Below, piece by piece: positions 1 to 12,882 of a DNA stretch of 64,000 nucleotides (position 1 is its first letter; each line of letters starts with the position of its first letter). This stretch comes from the human T2T-CHM13v2.0 reference genome, Homo sapiens. Under the pieces are notes generated by a model. It saw nothing but the letters and a program-made list of their open reading frames with translations, had not been told where the DNA came from and made no database searches. Both the position numbers and the translations under genes were made by a program. The stretch lies in the NCBI RefSeq assembly GCF_009914755.1, contig NC_060933.1; one strand, given 5' to 3'.

Positions 1-1420
1 TGGAATGGAATGGAACGGAATGGAGTGGAATGGAATGGAATCAACCCGAGAGCAGGGGAATGGAAAGGAATGGAATGCAATGGAAAGGAATCATCCGGAA
101 TGGAATGGAAAGGAATAAAATGGAATCAACCCGAGTGGAATGGAATGGAAAGGACTGGAATGGAGTGCAATGAAATGGAATGGAATGGAATGGAATGGAA
201 TGGAATGGAATTAACCCGAATAGAATGGAATGGAATGGAATGGAACGGAATGGAATGGAATGGAATGGAATGGAATGGAATCAACCCGACTGCAGGGGAA
301 TGGAATGGAATGGAATGCAATGGAATGGAATCTTCCGGAACGGAATGGAATGGAATGGAATGGAATCAACTCGATTGCAATGGAATGGAATGGAATGGAA
401 TGGAATTAACCCGAATAGAATGGAATGGAATGGAATGGAATGGAAAGGAATGGAAGGGAATGGAATGGAATGTAATCAACCCGAGTGCAGGGAAATGGAA
501 TGGAATGGAATGCAATGGAATGGAATCACCCGGAATGGAATGGAATGGAATGGAATGCAATCAACCCGATGCAACGGAATGGAGTGGAATGGAATGGAAT
601 GGAATGGAATGGAATCAACTCGATTGCAATCGAATGGAATAGAATGGAATGGAATCAACTCGATTGCAATCGAATGGAATGGAATGGAATTAACCCGAAT
701 AGAATGGAATGGAATGGAATGGAACGGAACGGAACGGAACGGAATGGAATGGAATGTAATGGAATGGAATGGAACGGAACGGAGCGGAACGGAATGGAAT
801 GGAATGGAATGGAATGGAATGGAATGGAATGGAATGGAATGGAATGGAATTAACGCGAGTGCAGGGGAATGGAATGGAATGGAATGAAATGGAATGGAAT
901 CTTCCGGAATGGAATGGAATGGAATGGAATGGAATGGAATGGAATGGAATCATCCGTAATGGAATGGAAAGGAATGGAATGGAATGGAATGGAATCAACT
1001 CGATTGCAATCGAATGGAATGGAATGGAATTAACCCGAATAGAATGCAATGGAATGGAGTGGAACGGAACGGAACTGAACGGAATGGAATGGAATGAAAT
1101 GGAATGGAATGGAACGGAACGGATCAGAACGGAACGGAACGGAATGGAATGGAATGGAATGGAATGAAATGGAATGGAATGGAATGGAATGGAATCAACG
1201 CGAGTGCAGGGTAATGGAATGGAATGGAATGCAATGGAATGGAATCTTCCGGAATGGAATGGAATGGAATGGAATGGAATGGAATGCAATGGATTCAACT
1301 CGATTGCAATGGAATTCAATAGAATGGAATGGAATGGAATGGAATGGAATTAAACCGAATAGAATGGAATGGAATGGAATGGAAAGGAACGGAACGGAAT
1401 GGAATGGAATGGAATGGAAT
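1..1420 (+). repeat. Segment X, copy 1 (partner at ~12883-14180)
   Basis: Rare markers shared with the partner: CAACCCGAGAGCAGGGG (42/12924, offset 12882), GGATCAGAAC (1121/13888) and GGAATTCAATAGAAT (1311/14073). The ORF track shows matching ORFs at offset 12882. Confidence 0.9.
896..910. promoter_or_regulatory. Perfect three-unit heat-shock element GGAAT-CTTCC-GGAAT (representative of ~44 copies)
   Basis: Exact fit to nGAAn-nTTCn-nGAAn. HSF1 binding to chr9 SatIII during stress is established. Function of this particular site is inferred only. Confidence 0.55.
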
Positions 1421-1499
1421 GGAATGGAATGGAATCTTCCGGAATGGAATGGAATGGAATGGAATGGAATGGAATGGAATGGAATTAAACCGAATAGAA

Positions 1500-3580
1500 T
1501 GGAATGGAATGGAATGGAACGGAATGCAACGGAATGGAATGGAATGGAATGGAATGGAATGGTATGGAATGGAATGGAATGGTACGGAATAGAATGGAAT
1601 GGAACGAAATGGAATGGAATGGAATGGAATGGAATGGAATGGAATGGAATCGTTCTGAGTGGAATAGGAGGGAATGTATTCGAGTGGAATGGAAAGGAAT
1701 GGAAAAAACCTGAGTGGAATGGAAGGGAATGGAATGGAATGGAAACTAATAGAATGGAATCAACCCGAGAGGAATGGAATGGAAAGGACTGGAATGGAAT
1801 GGAATGGAATGGAATCAACTCGATTGAAATGGAATGGAATGGAATGGAATGGAATGGAATGGAATTAACCCGAATACAATGCAATGGAATGGAATGGAAC
1901 GGAATGGAGTGGAATCGAATGGAATCAACCCGAGTGCAGAGGAATGGAATGGAATGGAATGCAATGGAATGGAATCATCCGGAATGGAATGGAATGGAAT
2001 GGAATGCAAAGCAATGGAATCAACTCGATTGCAATGGAATGGAATGGAATGGAAAGGAATACATTGGAATCAACCCGAGTGGAATGGAATGGAAAGGACT
2101 GGAATGGAGTGGAATGGAATGGAATGGAATGGAATGGAATCAACTCGATTGGAATGGAATGGAATGGAATGGAATGGAATGGAATGGAATGGAATGGAAT
2201 TAATCCGAATAGAATGGAATGGAATGGAATGGAACGGAACGGAATGGAATGGAATGGAATGGAATGCAATGGAAACAACCCGACTGCAGGGGAATGGAAT
2301 GGAATGGAATGCAATGGAATGGATTCAACTTGAATGGAATGGAAAGAATGGAATCAACACGAGTGGAGTTGCATGGATTGGAATGGAATGGAATGGAATC
2401 AACACGAGTACAGGGGACTGGAATGGAATGGAATTCAATGGAATGGAATCATCCGTAAAGGAATGGAAAGGAATGGAATGGAATGGAATGGAATGGAATC
2501 AACCCGATTGCAATCGAATGGAATGGAATGGAATTAACCCGAATAGAATGGAATGGAATGGAATGGAACGGAACGGAACGGAATGGAATGGATTGGAATG
2601 GAATGGAATGGAATGGAATGGAACGGAAAGGAATGGAATGGAATGGAATGGATTGGAAAGGAATGGAATGGAATCAACGCGAGTGCAGGGGATTGGAATG
2701 GAATGGAATGCAATGGAATGGAATCTTCCGGAATGGAATGGAATGGAATGGAATGGAATGGAATAAACCCGAGTGCAATGGAATAGAGTGGAATGGAATG
2801 GAATGGAATGGAACAACCCGAATGGAATGGAATGTAATGGAGAGTAAGGGAGTTGAGTAGAATCAATCCGAATGTAATGGAATGGAATGGAACGGAATGG
2901 AATTGAATGGAATGGAATGGAATGCAATGGAATGGAATCAACCCGAGTGCAATGGAATGGAGAGGAATGGAATGGAATGGAATGGAAACTACCCGAATGG
3001 AATGGAATGTAATGGAGTGTAAGGGAATTGAATAGAATCAATCCGAATGTAATGGAATGGAATGGAACGGAATGGAATGGAATGGAATGGAATGGAATGG
3101 AATGGAATGCAATGGAATGGAATCAACCCGAGTGCAATCGAATGGAATCGAATGGAATGGAATGCAATGGAATGGATTCAACTTGAATGGAATGGAAAGA
3201 ATGGAATCAACACGAGTGGAATGGTATGGATTGGAATGGAATGGAATGGAATCAACCCGAGTACAGGGGAATGGAATGGAATGGAATGCAATGGAATGGA
3301 ATCATCCGTAATGGAATGGAAAGCAATGGAATGGAATGGAATGCAATGGAATGGAATGGAACTCAACTCGATTGCAATCGAATGGAATGGAATGGAATTA
3401 ACCAGAATAGAATGGAATGGAATGGAATGGAATGGAACGGAATGGCATGGAATGGAATGGAATGGAATGGAATGGAATGGAACGGAACGGAACGGAATGG
3501 ATCGAATGGAATGGAATGGAATGGAATGGAATCAACGCGAGTGCAGGGGAATGGAATGGAATGGAATGCAATGGAATGGA
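1500..3580 (+). repeat. Segment Y, dispersed copy of ~44270-46790 (partial third copy at ~27388-28770)
   Basis: CGTTCTGA...GGAAAAAACCTGAGT (1651/44839, offset 43188). GGAGTTGCATGG occurs in all three copies (~2365, ~27607, ~45573), as does ACTCAACTCG (3361, 28543, 46569). Confidence 0.88.
3121..3270 (+). repeat. Representative ~150 bp pHuR98-like module (chr9q12 SatIII type), recurring through the window
   Basis: AATCAACCCGAGTGCAATCGAATGGAATCG...GGATTCAACTTGAAT...GGAAAGAAT...CAACACGAGT...CAACCCGAGTACAGGGG. The same opening 30-mer is at 19831 and 61241, among others. It matches my recollection of a commonly used SatIII primer, so the chromosome assignment is unverified. Confidence 0.6.
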
Positions 3581-6560
3581 GTCTTCCGCAATGGAATGGA
3601 ATGGAATGGAATAGATTGGAATGGAATGGATTCAACTCGATTGCAATGGAATGGAATGGATTGGAATGGAATGGAATGGAATGGAATTAACCCGAATAGA
3701 ATGGAATGGAATGGAATGGAAAGGAAGGTAATGGAATGGAATGGAATGGAATCAACCCGAGTGCAGGGGAATGGAATGGAATGGAATGCAATGGAATGGA
3801 ATCATCCGGAATGGAATGCAATGGAATGGAATGGAATGCAATGGAATGGAATCATCCGGAATGGAATGGAATGGAATGGAATGGAATGGAATGGAATGGA
3901 ATGGAATCAACTCGATTCCAATGGAATGGAATGGAATAGAACGGAATGGAATTAACATGAATAGAATGGAATGGAATGGAATGGAACGGAATGGAATGGA
4001 ATGGAATGGATTCAACTCGATTGCAATGGAATGAAATAGAATGGAATGGAATGGAATGGAATGGAATTAACCCGAATAGAATGGAATGGAATGGACTGGA
4101 ATGGAATGGAACGGAATGTAATGGAATAGAATGGAATGGAATCAACCTGAGTGCAGGGGAATGGAATGCAATGGAATGCAATGGAATGGAATGGAATCAT
4201 CAGAAATGGAATGGAATGGAATGGAATGGAATGGAATGGAATGGAATGGAATTGAATGGAATCAACTCGATTTCAATGGAATGGAATGGAATAGAATGGA
4301 ATGGAATTAACACGAATAGAATGGATTGGAATGGAATGGAATGGAACGGAAAGGAATGGAATGGAATGGAATGGAATCAACCCAAGTGCAGGGGAATGGA
4401 ATGGAATGGAATTCAGTGGAATGGAATCATCTGGAATGGAATGGAATGGAATGGAATGGAATGGAATGGAATGGAATCAACCCGAGTGCAATGGAATGGA
4501 GAGGAATGGAATGGAATGGAATGGAAACTACCCGAATGGAATGGAATGTAATGGAGTGTAAGGGAATTGAATAGAATCAATCGGAATGAAATGGAATGGA
4601 ATGGAACGGAATGGAATGAAATGGAATGGAATGGAATGGAATGGAATGCAATGGAATGGAATCAACCCGAGTGCAATCGAATGGAATCGAATGGAATGGA
4701 ATGCAATGGAATGGATTCAACTTGAATGGAATGGAAAGAATGGAATCGACACGAGTGGAATGGCATGAATTGGAATGGAATGGAATGGAATGAACCCGAG
4801 TACAGGAGAATGGAATGGAATGGAATGGAATGCAAGGGAATGGAATCATCCGTAATGGAATGGAAAGGAATGGAATGGAATGGAATGGAATGGAATGGAA
4901 TCAACTCGATTGCAATCGAATGGAATGGAATGGAATTAACCCGAATAGAATGGAATGGAATGGAATGGAACGGAACGGAATGGAATGGAATGGAATGGAA
5001 TGGAACGGAAAGGAATGGAATGGAATGGAATGGAATGGAATGGACTGGAATGGAATCAACGCGAGTGCAGGGGAATGGAATGGAATGGAATGCAATGAAA
5101 TGGTATGTTCCGGAATGGAATGGAATGGAATGGAATGGAATGGAATGGAATGGAATGGAATGCAATGCAATGGAATGGAATCAACCCGAGTGCCATCGAA
5201 TGGAATCGAATGGAATGGAATGCAATGGAATGGATTCAACTTGAATGGAATGGAAAGAATGGAAACAACACGAGTGGAATGGCATGAATTGGAATGGAAT
5301 GGAATGGAATCAACCCGATTACAGGGGAATGGAATGGAATGGAATGGAATGCAATGGAATGGAATTTTCTGTAATGAAATGGAAAGGAATGGAATGGAAT
5401 GGAATGGAATGGAATCGAATGGAATCAACTAGATTGCAATCGAATGGAATGGAATGGAATTAACCCGAATAGAATGGAATGGAATGGAATGGAACGGAAC
5501 GGAATGGAATGGAATGGAATGGAACGGAACGGAATGGAATGGAAAGGAATGGAATGGAATGGAATGGACTGGAATGGAATCAACGCGAGTGCAGTGGAAT
5601 GGAATGGAATGGAATGCAATGGAATGGTATGTTCCGGAATGGAATGGAATGGAATGGAATGGAATGGAATGGAATGGAATGCAATGCATTCAACTCGATT
5701 GCAATGGAATGGAATAGAATGGAATGGAATGGAATGGAAAGGAATGGAATCAACCCGAATAGAATGGAATGGAATGGAATGGAACGGAACGGAATGGAAC
5801 GGAACGGAATGGATTGGAATGCAATGGAATGGAATGGAATGGTATGGAATGGAATGGAATGGTACGGAATAGAATGGAATGGAACGAATTGGAATGGAAT
5901 GGAATCGAATGGAATGGAATGGAATCAACCCGAGTGCAGGGGAATGTAATGGAACGGAATGCAATGGAATGGAATCATCCGGAATGGAATGGAATGGAAT
6001 GGAATGGAATCAACCCGAGTGCAATGGAATGGAGTGGAATGGAATGGAATGGAATGTAAACAACCCGAATGGAATGGAATATAATGGAGTGTAAGGGAAT
6101 TGAATGGAATCAATCCGAATGTAATGGAATGGAATGGAAAGGAATGGAATGGAATGGAATGGAATGGAATGGAATGGAATGGAATGGAATCAACCCGAGT
6201 ATAATGGAATGGAATCGAAAGGAATGGAAAGGAATGGAATGGATTCAACTCGATTGCAATGGAATGGAATAGAATGGAATGGAATGGAATGGAATGGAAT
6301 GGAATGGAATTAACCCGAATAGAATGGAATGGAATGGAATGGAACGCAACGGAACGGAATGGAATGGAATGGAATGGAATGGAATGGAATGGTGCGGAAT
6401 AGAATGGAATGGAACGAATTGGAATGGAATGGAATGGAATGGAATGGAATGCAATGGAATGGAATCAACCCGAGTGCAGTGGAATGTAATGGAAAGGAAT
6501 GCAATGGAATGGAATCATCCGCAATGGAATGGAATGGAATGGAATGGAATGGAATGGAAT
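3533..6560 (+). repeat. Segment Z, copy 1 (partner ~7261-9745; partial third copy ~10235-11250)
   Basis: CTTCCGCAAT (3583/7311) and TAACATGAAT (3953/7681) are at offset 3728. GGAATTCAGTGG is at 4408, 8136 and 10724. CAACTAGATT is at 5426/8620 and GGTGCGGAAT at 6391/9570. Confidence 0.88.
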
Positions 6561-7260
6561 GGAATCAACCCGATTGCAATGGAATGGAGTGGAATGGAAT
6601 GGAATGGAATGTAAACAACCCGAATGGAATGGAATATAATGGAGTGTAAGGGAATTGAATGGAATCAATCCGAATGCAATGGAATGGAATGGAAAGGAAT
6701 GGAATTGAATGGAATGGAACGGAATGGAATCAACCCGAGTGTAATGGAATGGAATCGAAAGGAATGGAAAGGAATGGAATGGATTCAACACCAATGTAAT
6801 GGAAAGGAATGGAATCAACCCGAGTGGAATGGCATGGAATGGAATGGAAAGGAATGAAATGGAATGGTACAGAACGGAATGGATTGGAACGAAATGGAAT
6901 GGAATGGAATGGAATGGAATGGAATCAACTCGATTGCAATGGAATGGAATGGAATGGAATGGAATAGAATGGAAGGGAATTAACCCAAATAGATTGGAAT
7001 GGAATGGAATGGAATCAACCCGAGTACAGGGGAATGGAATGGAATGGAATGCAATGGAATGGAATCATCCGTAAAGGAATGGAAAGGAATGGAATGGAAT
7101 CAACTCGATTGCAATAGAATGGAATGGAATGGAATTAACCCGAATAGAATGGAATGGAATGAAATGGAATGGAACGGAACGGAATGGAATAGAATGGAAT
7201 GGAATGGAATGGAACGGAAAGGAACGGAATGAAATGGAATGGAATGGAATGGAATGGAAT

Positions 7261-9745
7261 CAGCGCGAGTGCAGGGGAATGGAATGGAATGGAATGCAAT
7301 GGAATGGAATCTTCCGCAATGGAATGGAATGGAATGGAATGGAATGGATTCCACTCGATTGCAATGGAATGGAATGGATTGGAATGGAATGGGATGGAAT
7401 GGAATTAACCCGAATAGAATGGAATGGAATGGAATGGAAAGGAAAGTAATGGAATGGAATGGAATGGAATCAACACGAGTACAGGGGAATGGAATGGAAT
7501 GGAATGCAATTGAATGGAATCATCCGGAATGGAATGCAATGGAATGGAATGGAATGCAATGGAATGGAATCATCCGGAATGGAATGGAATGGAATGGAAT
7601 GGAATGGAATGGAATGGAATGGAATGGAAAGGAATCAACTCGATTCCAATGGAATGGAATGGAATAGAACGGAATGGAATTAACATGAATAGAATGGAAT
7701 GGAATGGAATGGAACGGAATGGAACGGAATGGAATGGATTCAACTCGATTGCAATGGAATGAAATAGAATGGAATGGAATGGAATGGAATGGAATTAACC
7801 CGAATAGAATGGAATGGAATGGATTGGAATGGAATGGAACGGAATGTAATGGAATAGAATGGAATGGAATCAACCTGAGTGCAGGGGAATGGAATGGAAT
7901 GGAATGCAATGGAATGGAATCATCAGAAATGGAATGGAATGGAATGGAATGGAATGGAATGGAATGGAATGGAATTGAATGGAATCAACTCGTTTTCAAT
8001 GGAATGGAATGGAATAGAATGGAATGGAATTAACACGAATAGAATGCATTGGAATGGAATGGAATGGAACGGAAAGGAATGGAATGGAATGGAATGGAAT
8101 GGAATCAACCCAAGTGCAGGGGAATGGAATGGAATGGAATTCAGTGGAATGGAATCATCTGGAATGGAATGGAATGGAGTGGAATGGAATGGAATCAACC
8201 CGAGTGCAATGGAATGGAGAGGAATGGAATGGAATGGAATGGAAACTACCCGAATGGAATGGAATGTAATGGAGTGTAAGGGAATTGAATAGAATAAATC
8301 CGAATGAAATGGAATGGAATGGAACGGAATGGAATGAAATGGAATGGAATGGAATGGAATGGAATGCAATGGAATGGAATCAACCCGAGTGCAATCGAAT
8401 GGAATCGAATGGAATGGAATGCAATGGAATGGATTCAACTTGAATGGAATGGAAAGAATAGAAGGAACACGAGTGGAATGGCATGAATTGGAATGGAATG
8501 GAATGGAATCAACCCGAGTACAGGGGAATGGAATGGAATGGAATGGAATGCAATGGAATGGAATCATCCGTAATGGAATGGAAAGGAATGGAATGGAATG
8601 GAATGGAATGGAATGGAATCAACTAGATTGCAATCGAATGGAATGGAATGGAATTAACCCGAATAGAATGGAATAGAATGGAATGGAACGGAACGGAATG
8701 GAATGGAACGGCATGGAACGGAACGGAATGGAATGGAATGGAATGCAATGGAATGGACTGGAATGGAATCAACGCGAGTGCAGGGGAATGGAATGGAATG
8801 GAATGCAATGGAATGGTATGTTCCGGAATGGAATGGAATGGAATGGAATGGAATGGAATGGAATGGAATGCAATGGATTCAACTCGATTGCAATGGAATG
8901 GAATAGAATGGAATGGAATGGAATGGAATGGAATCAACCCGAATAGAATGGAATTGGATGGAATGGAACGGAACGGAACGGAACGGAACTGAATGGAATG
9001 GAATGCAATGGAATGGAATGCAATGGTATGGAATGGAATGGAATGGTACGGAATAGAATGGAATGGAACGAAATGGAATGGAATGGAATCGAATGGAATG
9101 GAATGGAATCAACCCGAGTGCAGGGGAATGTAATGGAACGGAATGCAATGGAATGGAATCATCCGGAATGGAATGGAATGGAATGGAATGGAATCAACCC
9201 GAGTGCAATGGAATGGAGTGGAATGGAATGGAATGGAATGTAAACAACCCGAATGGAATGGAATATACTGGAGTGTAAGGGAATTGAATGGAATCAAACC
9301 GAATGTAAGGGAATGGAATGGAAAGGAATGGAATGGAATGGAATGGAATGGAATGGAATGGAATCAACCCGAGTGTAATGGAATGGAATCGAAAGTAAAG
9401 GAAAGGAATGGAATAGATTCAACTCGATTGCAATGGAATGGAATAGAATGGAATGGAATGGAATGGAATGGAATTAACCCGAATAAAATGGAATGGAATG
9501 GAACGCAACGGAAAGGAATGGAATGGAATGGAATGGAATGGAATGGAATGGTATGGAATCGAATGGAATGGTGCGGAATAGAATGGAATGGAACGAATTG
9601 GAATGGAATGGAATCGAATGGAATGGAATGGAATGGAATGGAATCAACCAGAGTACAGTGGTATGTAATGGAACAGAATGCAATGGAATGGAATCATCCG
9701 CAATGGAATGGAATGGAATGGAATGGAATGGAATGGAATGGAATG
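7261..9745 (+). repeat. Segment Z, copy 2, lacking the ~520 bp internal duplication of copy 1
   Basis: The offset drops from ~3720 to ~3194 between GGCATGAATT (4762/8480) and CAACTAGATT (5426/8620). Confidence 0.85.
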
Positions 9746-12129
9746 GAATGAACTCGATTGCAATGGAATGGAATGGAATGGAATGGAATAGAATGGAATG
9801 GAATTAACCCGGATAGATTGGAATGGAATGGAATGGAATCAACCCGAGTGCAGGGGAATGGAATGGAATGGAATGCAAAGGAATGGAATCATCCAGAATG
9901 GAATGCAATGGAATAGAATGGAATGCAATGGAATGGAGTCAACCCGAGTACAATGGAATGGAGTGGAATGGAATGGAATGGAATGGAATGGAATGGAATG
10001 GAATGATACGGAATAGAATGGAATGGAACGAAATGGAATGGAATGGAATGGAATGGAATGGAATGGAATCGTTCCGAGTGGAATAGGAGGGAATGTATTC
10101 GAGTGGAATGGAAACGAATGGAATCAACCAGAGTGGAATGGAAGGGAATGGAATGGAATGGAAACTAATAGAATGGAATCAACCCGAGTGGAATGGAATG
10201 GAAAGGACTGGAATGGAAAGGAATGGAATGGAATCAACTTGATTCCATTGGAATGGAATGGAATAGAACGGAATGGAATTAACACGAATAGAATGGAATG
10301 GAATGGAAAGGAATGGAACGGAATGGAATGGAATGGAATGGATTCAACTCGATTGAACGGAATGAAATAGAATGGAATGGAATGGAATGGAATGGAATTA
10401 ACCCGAATAGAATGGAATGGAATGGAATGGAATGGAATGGAATGGAATAGAATGGAATGGAATCAACCTGAGTGCAGGGGAATGGAATGGAATGGAATGC
10501 AATGGAATGGAATCATCAGGAATGGAATGGAATGGAATGGAATGGAATGGAATGGAATGGAATGGAATGGAATTGAATCAACTCGATTTCAATGGAATGG
10601 AATGGAATAGAATGGAATGGAATTAACAGCAATATAATGGATTGGAATGGAATGGAATGGAACGGAAAGGAATGGAATGGAATGGAATGGAATCAACCCA
10701 AGTGCAGGGGAATGGAATGGAATGGAATTCAGTGGAATGCAATCATCCGGAATGGAATGGAATGGAATGGCATGGAATGGAATGGAATCAACCCGAGTTC
10801 AATGGAATGGAGAGGAAAGGATTGGAATGGAATGGAAACTACCCGAATGGAATGGAATGTAATGGAGTGTATTTGAATTGAATAGAATCAATCCGAATGT
10901 AATGGAATGGAATGGAACAGAATGGAATGAAATGGAATGGAATGGAATGGAATGGAATGGAATGGAAAGCAATGGAATGGATTCAACCCGAGTGCAATCG
11001 AATGGAATCGAATGGAATGGAATGCAATGGAATGGATTCAACTTGAATGGAATGGAAAGAATGGAATCAACACGAGTGGAATGGCATGGATTGGAATGGA
11101 ATGGAATGGAATCAACCCGATTACAGAGGAATGGAATGGAATGGAATGGAATGCAATGGAATGGAACGGAACGGAATGGAATGGAAAGGAATGGAATGGA
11201 ATGGAATGGACTGGAATGGAATCAACGCGAGTGCAGTGGAATGGAATGGAACGGAATGCAATGGAATGGAATCATCCGGAATGGAATGGAATTGAATGGA
11301 AGCAACCCGAGTGCAATGGAATGGAGTGGAATGGAATGGAATGGAATGGAACAACCCGAATGGAATGGAATGTAATGGAGAGTAAGGGAGTTGAATAGAA
11401 TCAATCCGAATGTAATGGAATGGAATGGAACGGAATGGAATGCAATGGAATGGAATGGAATGGAATGCAATGGAATTGAATCAACCCGAGTGCAATGGAA
11501 TGGAATGGAATGGAATGGAATGGAAAGGAATGGAATGGAATGCAATGGAATGGAATCAACCCGCGTACAATGGAAAGGAATGGAATGGAATGGAATGGAA
11601 AGGAATGGAATGCAATGCAATGGATTCAACTCGATTGCAATGGAATGGAATAGAATGGAATGGAATGGAATGGAATGGAATGGAATTAACCCAAATAGTA
11701 TGGAATGGAATGGAATGGAAAGCAATGGAATGGAATGGAATGGAATGGAATGGAATGGAATGGAATGGAATGGAATGGTATGGAATGGAATGGAATGGAA
11801 TGGTACGGAATAGAATGGAATGGAAAGAACTGGAATGCAATGGAATCGAATGGAATGGAATGCAATGGAATAGAATCAACCCGAGTGCAGGGGAATGAAA
11901 TGGAATGGAATGCAATGGAATGGAATCATCCGAAATGGAATGGAATGGAATGGAATGGAATGGAATGGAATCAACCCGAGTGCAATGGAATGGAGTGGAA
12001 TGGAATGGAATGGAATGGAACAACCCGAATGGAATGGAATGTATTGGAGAGTAAGGGAGTTGAATAGAATCAATCCGAATGTAATGGAATGGAATGGAAC
12101 GGAATGGAATGGAATGCAATGGAATGGAA

Positions 12130-12780
12130 TGGAATGGAATGGAATGGAAAGGAACTGAATGGAATGGAATGACTTCAAACCGAATGGAATGGAATGGAAT
12201 GGAATGGTACGGAATAGAATGGAATGGAATGAAATGGAATGGAATGGAATGGAATGGAATGGAATGGAATGGAATGGAATGGAATCGTTCCGAGTGGAAT
12301 AGGAGGGAATGTATTCGAGTGGAATGGAAAGGAATTGAATCAACCAGAGTGGAATGGAAGGGAATGGAATGGAATGGAAACTAATAGAGTGGAATCAACC
12401 CGAGTGGAATGGAATGGAAAGGACTGAATGGAATGGAATGGAATGGAATGGAATGGAATGGAAAGGAATTGAATGGAATGGAATGACTTCAAACCGAATG
12501 GAATGGAAAGGAATGGAATCAACACGAGTGGAATGGAATGGAATGGAATGGAGTGGAATCGTACGGAATAGAATGGAATGGAACGAAATGCAATGGAATG
12601 GAATGGAATGGAATGGAAAGGAATGGAATCGTTCCGAGTGGAATAGGAGGGAATGTATTCGAGTGGAATGGAATGGAATGGAATCAACCAGCGTGGAATA
12701 GAAGGGAATGGAATGGAATGGAAACTAATAGAATGGAATCAACCCGAGTGGAATGGAATGGAAAGGACTGAATGGAATGG
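12130..12780 (+). repeat. Local ~344 bp tandem duplication
   Basis: CGTTCCGAGTGGAATAGGAGGG is at 12286 and 12630. GGACTGAAT is at 12421 and 12765. GACTTCAAACCGAAT is at 12171 and 12485. Confidence 0.85.
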
Positions 12781-12882
12781 AATGGAATGGAATGGAATGG
12801 AATGGAATCAACTCGATTGTAATGGAATGGAATGTTATGGAATGGAATGGAATGGAATGGAATTAACCCGAATACAATGGAA

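Noticed and set aside
41-70. G-quadruplex potential from GGGG and GG tracts
   Set aside because: The GGGG tracts are isolated and far apart. (GGAAT)n is known to favour G-A mismatch hairpins, and there is nothing specific to this window.
1651-1700. AGGAGG Shine-Dalgarno-like sequence just before an ATG (ORF 1674, MYSSG...)
   Set aside because: It is a coincidental pentamer variant in eukaryotic satellite, and the downstream ORF is repeat translation.
2839-2880. GA/GTAAGG and GT/GTAAGG resembling 5' splice donors in the GGAGAGTAAGGGAGTTG module
   Set aside because: The -1 base is not G, and the purine-rich strand has no polypyrimidine tract or acceptor to pair with.
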